Positions 1 to 8,526 are shown, counted from the stretch's first letter. The stretch: 64,000 nt of DNA from an uncultured Planctomycetia bacterium (GCA_964570585.1 CAZMYR010000002.1:7313-71312); one strand, 5' to 3'. Translations and numbers: made by a program. The notes: generated by a model from the letters alone, not told the origin.

Positions 1-2344
1 GGTATATAGCTCTGTGAAAGGCTGTCTCAACGCTCGATTTTAATACGGGTCCAAATCCTTCAACGACCTTGCCGCTGGCAATATCGACTACAACATATTC
101 TTCAGCTGCCATCTTCTCAAAAGACTTGCCGCTTGCCTTAATAACCATAAAGCGCCTGGTTCTTGTGCAAGCACTGATATTTCCTCCCGGCCCATCAACA
201 AGTCCCTTTTTGGCTATCTCCTGCCCTTCAAGGTATAGCTTTTGCCTTATCTCCTCTATCTCGTCTCTATATTCGTCGATTTCTTCCGCATGAATTTTAA
301 TCGTTGGAACTTTAGCCGGTTTTTTCGTCTGCCGACCGCTTAAAAGCGCCTGCCTGCTTGCTTCAAGAGGCATAAGCCTCTCTACGTTATCGTCATCAAG
401 CAATATTAAAGAGCCCATAGCCTGGCTGGCGATAATAATCTCTGCCGTGCTTATGGCTACCTTATTACGATAACGTGCCTGGTCAGCATTCACGCCCGCT
501 GTGATAACAGAACCATCTTTAAGCAAGATCGCATTATGATTATCAAGTATGGCATGTTCAATTCCTACAGTTGTTGGGGCCTGAGCTACTTGAGAATCTA
601 TTGTTGTCAGCTCAATTACAGGAACAGGGCCTTTTTCATTTAATACAGCAACATACTCAGGGCAAACTGGACCCAAGGCCTGATCAGCCTGGAATATTTC
701 GTCAACACCGTCTGGCTGAGATTGTACTATGTATTTTACAGGTTCTTTGCGATCTGCAGTATCAGCAGCGTGATATATCCTTAGATGAGCATCCAGGCTG
801 CGGTCATCTATATGTTCAGGGTTATATAGCTCAACTTCTATCAATTTTTTGTCTTTAGAATTCATAAAATATATGCCCTTGCCACCAAGCATACTTACTG
901 TTACATTCTTCAGGCCATCTGCTTCTGCCCTGTCTATAAGTTCTAATAATTCCCCCTCTGCATTGCTAAGATATGTCTCTTCAGGATCTTCGTTGCATAT
1001 TATCCTTACTTTTAAAGCCTTACCACTCTTAGCTGCTCCAAATGCCACAGGTAAGTCTTTTAATCTTATCTCTTGGGTAATTAAATTATCAAGCAGCGCT
1101 TGAGAAAGCACACCCTCTTCAATGAGCTTATATCCCTGTTTCAACATGTTTGTAGGAGCTCCGGTATTTCCAAAAAATGTAATCTCGCTACCGCGAACTC
1201 TACCGACAGATACATCACCCCACGCCTTGGTTGTTCCTCCATAAGCACTTACAGCGCCTCCTCTGTTGGTAAGGCTTGCTGCCTCCAAATATACCTTTTC
1301 TGCAACTTCTTTTGTTGTTGGAGAAAAAGCAATTATGCTTGTGTCAGCACCGGAATATAGCTTTTCTTTTTGAACAGGAGCCATATTGCTACTATCATAA
1401 ACCTCGACATGATAAAGCCCCATGGCATCGAGTATTTCCCTGGCCATTTGAACGCGTTTTGAGTCTGTATCAAATATTATTACCTCTGGATAACGTACAT
1501 CAACAGAATCACCATCATATGCAACGGGCTTATCAACAAGCGATGCCAATACAGCATGCATAATGCCCTGGAATCCTGCGCCCCATACCACCAACTTCCT
1601 GGATTTCCCTTTTACCCGCTGTTTTGCGCGCAGTAGGTCATAGAGGGCACAGCCAATAGGCTCTGAAAGAGCTGCATATTTGGAGGGTATTCTGTGTGAA
1701 ACCTTGACCACATTTCCAGATTTAATTGCTTCATCTGAAATCACAACCCAGGGAGCAAAAAAGCCCGGCATTGCATGGCTATAAGAGGTTCTATATATAC
1801 AAAGGTGGGGCACTCCCTTTTTGCAATTTATGCATTTTCCACAACTGATATTCGGATCGATTAAAACCCTGTCGCCTTTTTTATATCCTTTTACTCTACT
1901 TCCTAAAGCTACAACTATACCTACGGCTTCATGACCTAAGATGCCTTTTGTCTTGGGGTCTGTATCTCTATCGCCTCGCACCTTTCCAAGATCAGTGCCG
2001 CATATATAAGAGCTTTCTATTGCCACAACAATGCCGTCTTCCGGTGCACTAGGTTTGAGCATGCCAATATTTTCAAACTGGCCTTTTGGGCCAAAAACAG
2101 GAAAGGCTACCGCCTTCTTATTTACAGGAGATGTCAATAGATGACCATATATGTGTTGATGTTTAGCAGCTAGGTTAGTTGAAAAATTAGCTCCAGTTGG
2201 AGATGTTTCGTGTGGGATAATTCCATGAGGGTACCCATTCTTAGCAGCTATGGGGCGCAAGGCAAGCGCATCCGGTGGGATAATAGCCACAGCTAATGCT
2301 CCGCATAAAATTAATGATACTAATTTATATGTTAGGTATTTCAT
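1..2344 (-). CDS. Large multidomain protein, 3'-truncated by the window edge (>781 aa): signal peptide, Zn-dependent MDR alcohol dehydrogenase, degenerate class II aldolase domain, second class II aldolase domain
   Basis: Manual translation from ATG 2344 has no stop to base 1. N-terminus MKYLTYKLVSLILCGALAVAIIPPDALA-LRP; MDR motifs ICGTD, ILGHEAVG, CGKCINC-x7-C, SEPIG, GAGFQG; aldolase motifs GLVDGPGGNISA, IKASG, SSVETAFHRAIY. Absent from the ORF track, presumably because it has no stop in the window. Confidence 0.88.
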   Translation of the reverse strand, partial: MKYLTYKLVSLILCGALAVAIIPPDALALRPIAAKNGYPHGIIPHETSPTGANFSTNLAAKHQHIYGHLLTSPVNKKAVAFPVFGPKGQFENIGMLKPSAPEDGIVVAIESSYICGTDLGKVRGDRDTDPKTKGILGHEAVGIVVALGSRVKGYKKGDRVLIDPNISCGKCINCKKGVPHLCIYRTSYSHAMPGFFAPWVVISDEAIKSGNVVKVSHRIPSKYAALSEPIGCALYDLLRAKQRVKGKSRKLVVWGAGFQGIMHAVLASLVDKPVAYDGDSVDVRYPEVIIFDTDSKRVQMAREILDAMGLYHVEVYDSSNMAPVQKEKLYSGADTSIIAFSPTTKEVAEKVYLEAASLTNRGGAVSAYGGTTKAWGDVSVGRVRGSEITFFGNTGAPTNMLKQGYKLIEEGVLSQALLDNLITQEIRLKDLPVAFGAAKSGKALKVRIICNEDPEETYLSNAEGELLELIDRAEADGLKNVTVSMLGGKGIYFMNSKDKKLIEVELYNPEHIDDRSLDAHLRIYHAADTADRKEPVKYIVQSQPDGVDEIFQADQALGPVCPEYVAVLNEKGPVPVIELTTIDSQVAQAPTTVGIEHAILDNHNAILLKDGSVITAGVNADQARYRNKVAISTAEIIIASQAMGSLILLDDDNVERLMPLEASRQALLSGRQTKKPAKVPTIKIHAEEIDEYRDEIEEIRQKLYLEGQEIAKKGLVDGPGGNISACTRTRRFMVIKASGKSFEKMAAEEYVVVDIASGKVVEGFGPVLKSSVETAFHRAIY

Positions 2345-2418
2345 ATATTATAACGTGGTTAAAGCAAAGACAAAGGCGTTTTTGCTACGTCAGGCGGGAT
2401 TATTCAAGTTTATATAAA

Positions 2419-2447
2419 AGTTTACTATAAGTTTTTAAATTTGTCAA
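2419..2447 (-). promoter_or_regulatory. Putative sigma70 promoter for the large gene
   Basis: Minus strand TTGACA-17 nt-TAAACT, about 75 bp upstream of ATG 2344. Confidence 0.55.
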
Positions 2448-2471
2448 GCGTTATTTTCAGTATATGTCTTT

Positions 2472-3530
2472 TTATAAATTATTGTCTAGCGTTTCAAGAT
2501 ATCTCACATCTTCTTGCATATATACAGTAGGCAAATGAGCATATTTCATGGTATCCCGAATGTCCGAATGGCCTAAAAGCTCCTTAATTTTGTAGATATC
2601 CACGCCTTTCTTTAGTAGAAATGTTGCGTATGAGTGTCTGAGCTCATGCAGGCGCGTTAGGCCTTCAATGACGGCTTTCTTGGCTATTCTTATAAGCACT
2701 CTACGGGGTTTTTGCTTGGAATATTCTTTAAATACCCTACTTGATTCCTTTGGAATATTAGATAATACATTTTTAAGGCTATCATGCATAGGGATGACTC
2801 TTTCTTTTGCCTTTCCTGTTTTTCTATTTATGCCTTTTGGGCGGAAATTTTCTTTATTGCGGATATATATTAGGCCTTTATTAAAATCTATATCATTCCA
2901 TTCAAGGTTTAGCAGTTCTGCTTTTCGTAATCCGGTATGAATAAATGCATAAAACATAGGGTAAAATTCCGGATAATGGTTTTTGCAAACTTGCATAAAT
3001 TTACTATATTCTTGTTCTGATAATACTCTAATAGGTTTTGAATCTATTATTTCCACGGATTTTAGATTATTAGCTGGATTTACTGATATATAATTCCACT
3101 CAACTGCTTTATTGAAAAAGGCTTTGAGGGCAATTACATGGTTCTTCAATGTGCAGGTCTTGGCTTGGCTTAACCTACATTGCTTATAATCTTCCAATAG
3201 CTTGGGCGTAATATCTGATAAATTCTTAACGCTAGGATAATCTTTTAAAAAAGTGCTGAAAGTCTTTAAGATTGTATTATAGCTTCGCAATGTATGGGCG
3301 CGTCTATTAGTTTTGATCCATTCTAAATAGTCAGTTATAAAAGATTCGATGGATTTTTTAAAGAAAATCCTATTTTTGCCAGAAAGTAAAGATTCTGATA
3401 TCTTCTGATTTAAGATTTCTCTAGCAAGGGATTTTAAAGCAGTGCCGGAGCTTTCTCTTATTCTTTTCCCTGCTATTGAATAGGCTAGCCACCAAAGCGG
3501 GCTATCTTTTCTTTTATAAATTACACCCAT
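2472..3530 (-). CDS. Tyrosine recombinase / phage-type integrase
   Basis: Catalytic residues in TGLRKAEL, HELRHSYAT, LLGHS, TMKYAH; N-terminal arm-binding-like segment (IYKRKDSPLWW...RIRESSGT). Confidence 0.93.
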   Translation of the reverse strand: MGVIYKRKDSPLWWLAYSIAGKRIRESSGTALKSLAREILNQKISESLLSGKNRIFFKKSIESFITDYLEWIKTNRRAHTLRSYNTILKTFSTFLKDYPSVKNLSDITPKLLEDYKQCRLSQAKTCTLKNHVIALKAFFNKAVEWNYISVNPANNLKSVEIIDSKPIRVLSEQEYSKFMQVCKNHYPEFYPMFYAFIHTGLRKAELLNLEWNDIDFNKGLIYIRNKENFRPKGINRKTGKAKERVIPMHDSLKNVLSNIPKESSRVFKEYSKQKPRRVLIRIAKKAVIEGLTRLHELRHSYATFLLKKGVDIYKIKELLGHSDIRDTMKYAHLPTVYMQEDVRYLETLDNNL

Positions 3531-3539
3531 AAAATAATG

Positions 3540-3743
3540 TTATCCTGCTATTTTTGTTATTGGTCTTGCCAATACCGGTTGTTTGAATGATTCGGCAAAT
3601 CTATTTAATTCCGATAATCTAAAAAGAACTCTACCTCTTACCTTGTAGCAAGGTATCAGGCCTTTATGCCGCCAAACATAAAGCGTAGATTCTTTTATAT
3701 TTAAAAATTCTGATACTTCATTAATACTTACAAACCTTTCCAT
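3540..3743 (-). CDS. Excisionase-like helix-turn-helix protein (HTH_17 type)
   Basis: SINEVSEFLNIKESTLYVWRHKGLIPCYKVRGRVLF; directly upstream of the integrase; start 3743 preferred over 3767 because of an SD-like AGGGGG. Confidence 0.85.
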   Translation of the reverse strand: MERFVSINEVSEFLNIKESTLYVWRHKGLIPCYKVRGRVLFRLSELNRFAESFKQPVLARPITKIAG

Positions 3744-3908
3744 CTCTGCCCCCTTTATTTTTTCCATGAAACCAAAATTAATATAGCTGTAGCTAATAAC
3801 GCTGCTATTACAAATCTCATTCCTAGTATTTCATTACCAGATAACTATGTTTATACTTATCAAGCTTGAAAATATTATTATTTTGTGCAAGTCCATTTTA
3901 GCTCCTTT

Positions 3909-3926
3909 CTTAACTTATAAGTTAAG
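3909..3926. promoter_or_regulatory. Palindromic operator 1 (CTTAAC-N6-GTTAAG)
   Basis: Perfect 18-bp palindrome CTTAACTTATAAGTTAAG. Confidence 0.65.
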
Positions 3927-3950
3927 TTTATAGTTAAAAAATATATCATA

Positions 3951-3968
3951 CTTAACCTATTTGTTAAG
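3951..3968. promoter_or_regulatory. Palindromic operator 2, overlapping a putative promoter for the xis-int operon
   Basis: CTTAACCTATTTGTTAAG; minus strand TTAACA-16 nt-TATATT. Confidence 0.65.
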
Positions 3969-3987
3969 TTTTGATGTAAAAAAATAT

Positions 3988-4179
3988 TCAGAAGAGATCT
4001 TTTGCTTTGCATCCTAAAACCTTTGCTAATTGCTCAAGTTTTTTTATTGATACCATCTTCCCATTCTCTATCTGGCAGATGTAACTTTCGCTCACGCCTA
4101 TCTTTTTTGCAAGTTCAAGCTGTGTTAAGTTCATCTGCTGTCTCTTTGCTTTTAATTTGCTTCCGATATCAATCGTCAT
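3988..4179 (-). CDS. XRE/Cro-family HTH transcriptional regulator
   Basis: IGSKLKAKRQQMNLTQLELAKKIGVSESYICQIENG is a typical HTH_3 pattern. Confidence 0.92.
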   Translation of the reverse strand: MTIDIGSKLKAKRQQMNLTQLELAKKIGVSESYICQIENGKMVSIKKLEQLAKVLGCKAKDLF

Positions 4180-4208
4180 TTGAAAAAACCTTTATTGTCA
4201 ACATGTTG

Positions 4209-4238
4209 AATATATCATAACTTAACCTATTTGTCAAG
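4209..4238 (-). promoter_or_regulatory. Sigma70 promoter of the XRE gene overlapped by operator 3
   Basis: Minus strand TTGACA-17 nt-TATATT with extended TG; operator CTTAACCTATTTGTCAAG at 4221-4238. Confidence 0.7.
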
Positions 4239-4257
4239 TGGTATTTTTATTTTTATT

Positions 4258-4998
4258 TTACTTACCTTTCTGCTGCATATCATCCATTTTGTTAAAAAGC
4301 ATATTAATTATATTGTCTGCAAATTTAAATACTTCTAACACCTTATATGCATCTACAAATGGTTTTGCTTGTGCTTGGATTACAAGATCGTCTTTTGCTG
4401 CAATATCTTTCTCCTCAATCTTAAGTGTTTTGAAATTTAGTTTTTTTACTTTCGGCCATATAACATCTTGCGTAATTTTTTTAATATTATAATGGTTGTA
4501 TGGATTTCGTATTGTGTTTTTAAAATCTGTCAACTTGTCTTTTTCCTCACTAGTTAAAAGTCCAGCGGACTCGGCTCTATCAATAGCAAAATTGAATGTC
4601 ATCTTTTCAAATTCATCCATTTTATCTGGATTATATTTATGGCTCCCCTCTTCCCATACTATAGTTGTGTATTTCAAAACATATTCAACCAGAATCCCTG
4701 ATAAAGTAATCGCTGCACCATTCAATCCAAAAATAATACATTCTCTGATTTCAGTATAAAGTGCTCTTATAGTAGGGGCTGCTATAGAAGAAAGAGTAGG
4801 GAGATTCCGCAACAGACTAATGGCATTTTCTTTACGTTTTGCGAATAAAAGATCTATGTATTCTTCTGGGCTTTTCTCAGGAGTCTTATCAAATTTTACA
4901 CCTTTTCTCATTAATTCTTCTATATCACCTGAATTAAGTATTATTCGATCTGCTCCTTCCTTTATCAATCGACTCATTAAATTTTCAAGGTCTTCCAT
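4258..4998 (-). CDS. HEPN/DUF4145-like domain protein
   Basis: LYTEIRECIIFGLNGAAITLSGILVE helix followed by an RxxxxH motif (RNPYNH). Confidence 0.6.
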   Translation of the reverse strand: MEDLENLMSRLIKEGADRIILNSGDIEELMRKGVKFDKTPEKSPEEYIDLLFAKRKENAISLLRNLPTLSSIAAPTIRALYTEIRECIIFGLNGAAITLSGILVEYVLKYTTIVWEEGSHKYNPDKMDEFEKMTFNFAIDRAESAGLLTSEEKDKLTDFKNTIRNPYNHYNIKKITQDVIWPKVKKLNFKTLKIEEKDIAAKDDLVIQAQAKPFVDAYKVLEVFKFADNIINMLFNKMDDMQQKGK

Positions 4999-5017
4999 GT
5001 TTCATTTCCTTTACAAA

Positions 5018-5836
5018 TTAATATGTAGACCTAAATTCATCCGACTCTAAAAGTTCTTTAATATAATTTATTGGATAAACAACACCTAAGCCTGTATGAA
5101 AATAATCGCCGGCTCTATAAAAAGGTCGAAATTGACTCACAATACCTATTAACTTCGGCTTGTTGTTACGCACTCTAAAAACTGGGCCACCGCTATTACC
5201 TGGCGCCACTGTGGCATCTATATAAAAAAACTTATCTTTTTTCTCCTTCAGCGCAACTATTCCTTTGCGAACCATGGGATCAACTCCGTAAGAAGCACCA
5301 AAACCTAAAGGAAACCCTAAATAATAAACGTCGTCACCTTTTCGAATTCTTGCAACTTCTTCAAAATCATCTAAAGTTAAAAGTGAAACTGACTCCTTCT
5401 TAGGGATTAATCCTATTACGGTTGCTACTATGTCAACACCAGAATCATTGTGTGGGACCCATTTTAAAGAAGGATATTTATTGCTTAGATTTGAAAAATA
5501 TCGTTTAAATTCAGTTCCATCTTTCCTGTTTCCCCAAAAACATAAATTGGGTCTTAATTTTCCATGCTCGTCAAAGACTACATGTTTTGCAGTTACTAAA
5601 ATATATCTATCTGTTTGCAGCACGACCCCAGCCCCAAACAAAGAATTCTTTTTTTCAACCTCTCCTGTAAACTTATTTTTAACTTCATATACTTCTTGGC
5701 CAATTGCAACAACACATTCTTCCCATTTATCAGGGACATTTAAATCAGCTAATGCATTTAAACTTAATGCAAAAGATAGAAGCAGCGCAAAACTAATTAC
5801 AAAACAATTTTTCATTTTACAATATTTGCGTGTCAT
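5018..5836 (-). CDS. Exported trypsin-like serine protease
   Basis: Signal peptide ending ALA; catalytic triad motifs LVTAKHV, GVDIV, PGNSGGPVF. Confidence 0.9.
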   Translation of the reverse strand: MTRKYCKMKNCFVISFALLLSFALSLNALADLNVPDKWEECVVAIGQEVYEVKNKFTGEVEKKNSLFGAGVVLQTDRYILVTAKHVVFDEHGKLRPNLCFWGNRKDGTEFKRYFSNLSNKYPSLKWVPHNDSGVDIVATVIGLIPKKESVSLLTLDDFEEVARIRKGDDVYYLGFPLGFGASYGVDPMVRKGIVALKEKKDKFFYIDATVAPGNSGGPVFRVRNNKPKLIGIVSQFRPFYRAGDYFHTGLGVVYPINYIKELLESDEFRSTY

Positions 5837-5953
5837 TTTTGTGACACAAGTTTAAGAAAATATTAAAATATGCAAGAAATATAAAAATAGGTAAAAGTTG
5901 GTTCTGGTATTAAAAATACCCCTATTTGTTGGATTTCTCGACGATAAAGTATA

Positions 5954-5994
5954 GCCCCCCGCAGATTTGCTTCGCAAATCTAAGCGCAGGGGGC
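5954..5994 (-). terminator. GC-rich hairpin downstream of tRNA-Ser(GGA), possible terminator, with an inner GCGAAGC mini-hairpin
   Basis: GCCCCC...AGATTTGC-TTC-GCAAATCT...GGGGGC. Confidence 0.45.
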
Positions 5995-6020
5995 ATAATT
6001 TTTTGCAAGGCAAAAAATTA

Positions 6021-6110
6021 TGGCGGAGAGGCTGGGATTCGAACCCAGGAGGCCCGTAAAGACCCACACGCTTTCCAAGCGTGCTCTTTCAACCACTCAG
6101 ACACCTCTCC
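6021..6110 (-). tRNA. tRNA-Ser (anticodon GGA)
   Basis: GGAGAGG acceptor stem, CACGC-TTGGAAA-GCGTG anticodon arm, long variable arm, GGTTCGAATCC T-loop, encoded CCA. Confidence 0.97.
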
Positions 6111-6180
6111 ATTTAGGGAATAGTTTCCCGAACAAATCTGAGACACTTTCCCGAACAAGTTGGAAAACGTCTGTTATTTG

Positions 6181-7065
6181 TTATTCTTTTTCTATTTTGC
6201 TTAGGGTGGCGGTGACTTTGGTAAACATTGGGGCTTCTACAATGGCTAAAATAGGGAGCCTTTTCTTATCAGAGCTAAAATAACCGCTTACCTTTCCCTT
6301 TTTTACCTTCTCGCCGTCTAATACTTTCGCATATGGCTGAATGGAAAAACTCTCAAAATTGCCTAATTCTTTGATTTTTATGAATTTCTTCTTTTCTATT
6401 ACTCCAAAGAGCTCATAATTTTGTTCATTATTTACGACAGAGTATTTTATGCGGTCGCCCAATTTCAACTTTAACATCCTGAAGTAATAACAGGCACTTA
6501 ATGTATCCTGAGACCCTTTAGATATTTTAAAGGTTTTCTTCGATTTATCAAGGAAATTCTCAAAATGGGCTATGTGTTCCTTTTGATTAAAATCGGTAAC
6601 AGCGTCTTTTTCGTAACGGCCCTCTCTCCTATGCACTTTATGCCGCAGAGTAGCCAGAGTTTGTACATCTATAAAAGAGGTAAACTCATCCTTAATCCTA
6701 TAAATAGCAGAGCAGAAATCATTGGTCCGGACGGCAACTTTGACTTTATAGGCGTTACGGCCATTAATCTGCTCAAGTTCCGGGGCAACGGATGCAACAA
6801 TAGTCCCTACCGGAATACCGAGCCATCTTACTTGATAGGTTAATTTTTCTCCTAACGGAAGTTTTGCCGGCGGAGTTTTAATCTCTATTTGCTCGGAATA
6901 TATCTTTTCGCCTTTTTCGGTTTTGAATACGTCGGTGGTTTTTGCAATATAAGTAGTTGCGCATCCACTTATAAAGAAAGATAGAATACAAAGTAATGAT
7001 GTATTTATGATAAATCGCTGGATATATCCTCCTCTTTCCGTAGTGTAGCGCATACAAAAATTCAA
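6181..7065 (-). CDS. DUF3108-like lipoprotein
   Basis: Lipobox ISGC; GEKLTYQVRWLGIPVG and QDTLSACYYFR patterns typical of DUF3108. Confidence 0.75.
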   Translation of the reverse strand: MNFCMRYTTERGGYIQRFIINTSLLCILSFFISGCATTYIAKTTDVFKTEKGEKIYSEQIEIKTPPAKLPLGEKLTYQVRWLGIPVGTIVASVAPELEQINGRNAYKVKVAVRTNDFCSAIYRIKDEFTSFIDVQTLATLRHKVHRREGRYEKDAVTDFNQKEHIAHFENFLDKSKKTFKISKGSQDTLSACYYFRMLKLKLGDRIKYSVVNNEQNYELFGVIEKKKFIKIKELGNFESFSIQPYAKVLDGEKVKKGKVSGYFSSDKKRLPILAIVEAPMFTKVTATLSKIEKE

Positions 7066-7113
7066 ACCTTGGCGTTATTAGACGAGAAACACCAAGGTTC
7101 GAATTGGTATCAG

Positions 7114-7205
7114 TGGCGGAGAGAGGAGGATTCGAACCCCCGACCCCGAAATTTCGGGGTAATCGCTTTCGAGGCGATCGCTTTCAGCCACTCAGCCATC
7201 TCTCC
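7114..7205 (-). tRNA. tRNA-Ser (anticodon CGA)
   Basis: GGAGAGA acceptor stem, ATCGC-CTCGAAA-GCGAT anticodon arm, long variable arm, GGTTCGAATCC, encoded CCA. Confidence 0.97.
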
Positions 7206-7209
7206 AGTT

Positions 7210-8496
7210 CTACATCTGTTTTCCTTCAGCGCCTCCTGTTGGCTCGGTGGGAACCTTCTTTTCTACCCGGGAGCGCTCTAAGAAAAATGTAATTAAGATC
7301 CCAATAATAAATCCGCCAACTGTAAATAGCCTCAAAAATATTTTCGTTGGCCTTATTTTGGCAACAGGGGCCCCGCCTTCTCTCGCAAATCCCGCTATCG
7401 AAGCAGAAACAATAGAAATACCGCCGGCCCTTAGCTGTTGTTGGGCCACTTCATAGAGGCTCGCTAAATTTTCTAACTTGGTTTTTAAAAGGTCGAATTC
7501 TCTTTTTTTATCTAATAAACCAGAGTATTCTTTTTTCCCTTTTTTCATTTCGGCTTCAATTTCCGAAATTCTCCCCTTTGTGTAATCTAACTTTTCTTTT
7601 AACCCCCCTGACAGTTCTTTTATCCTGGAATCTACTTTTTTTATGGCAGATTCCTTGCGCTGATTTAACTCAACTATCTTGGGGTGCCCTGCCTTATAGG
7701 TCCTTAATAACTGCTTTGTTTCTGACTGGATGGTTTCATATTCCCTCCTGTAATCAGCCAATAAATCTCTTAAAGATGGGTCTATGCGCTGGGTAATAAT
7801 TTCAGTTGTATCTTTTTCTTTGGTAAGCCGTTGGAGCTTCTCAAGAATCTTTTCATTTTCTTCTAACCCAACCGAAAGATGGGTCTTTTCTCCAATTAAC
7901 TGGTCGGCGCTTTTTTGGTAATTGTTTAGTTGCTGCTGTGGATTTTGCATATCGTTGTCTTTTATAAAATTTAATAATTTATTTTCGGTCTCTTTTAGGT
8001 CTTTACCCAATTTGCTTGATTTAGAAAACCACTCCATAGCGTCTTTAGAAATAGAAAAACTTTCCTCTTTACGTAACTGGCGAAATGAATTGGCTAATTG
8101 CGAAGCCATACCGGCTGCCAGCTGTGGTGTTTTTGCAACAGCCGTTATTTTGATAAGTGTACTTCCTATCGGTTTTACTCTTATGTGCTTTAAGAAACTC
8201 TCTCTTGGCCGTCTTTGATTTATAACATCAGTTATCTTTAAATGCAATTTATCGATAGCATTGTCCACAACTTCGTTGCTCTTTATAATTTCTGCTTGAT
8301 ACATCAGGTATTCTGAGATAGCCTCCGTATCCCGGGAGAAACCATATACTACATCGGTAGGTTGTATGACAATCTCTACTATTGCCTTATAAACAGGGCT
8401 GATGATTAAAGAAAAAACAAAACCTATCAAGGATGCCAAAATGGTTGATACAATAATTACTACTTTTCTCTTCCAGATTAATTTTAAGATGTTCAT
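7210..8496 (-). CDS. Polysaccharide co-polymerase / chain-length determinant (Wzz/GumC-like, no kinase domain)
   Basis: N-terminal TM then PVYKA, periplasmic coiled coil with YKAGHPKIV, C-terminal TM. Confidence 0.8.
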   Translation of the reverse strand: MNILKLIWKRKVVIIVSTILASLIGFVFSLIISPVYKAIVEIVIQPTDVVYGFSRDTEAISEYLMYQAEIIKSNEVVDNAIDKLHLKITDVINQRRPRESFLKHIRVKPIGSTLIKITAVAKTPQLAAGMASQLANSFRQLRKEESFSISKDAMEWFSKSSKLGKDLKETENKLLNFIKDNDMQNPQQQLNNYQKSADQLIGEKTHLSVGLEENEKILEKLQRLTKEKDTTEIITQRIDPSLRDLLADYRREYETIQSETKQLLRTYKAGHPKIVELNQRKESAIKKVDSRIKELSGGLKEKLDYTKGRISEIEAEMKKGKKEYSGLLDKKREFDLLKTKLENLASLYEVAQQQLRAGGISIVSASIAGFAREGGAPVAKIRPTKIFLRLFTVGGFIIGILITFFLERSRVEKKVPTEPTGGAEGKQM

Positions 8497-8526
8497 TTTT
8501 GCTCTCCATGGTTGGGGACGTCCCCA

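Larger units (their letters stand above)
2472..6020 (-). mobile_element. Probable integrative element or remnant at the 3' end of tRNA-Ser(GGA); left boundary unresolved
   Basis: Integrase, excisionase, XRE and accessory genes downstream of a tRNA; no duplicated tRNA 3' end found in the window. Confidence 0.6.

Noticed and set aside
69-1563. Short plus-strand ORFs here and throughout the window
   Set aside because: Antisense shadows of long minus-strand genes with no recognisable motifs.
2390-2407. CAGGCGGGATTATTCAAG as a degenerate att copy of the tRNA 3' end
   Set aside because: Similarity to GGCTGGGATTCGAA is too short and gapped to support.
5852-6283. ORFs overlapping tRNA-Ser(GGA), and likewise 7069-7292
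   Set aside because: Spurious translations of tRNA sequence.
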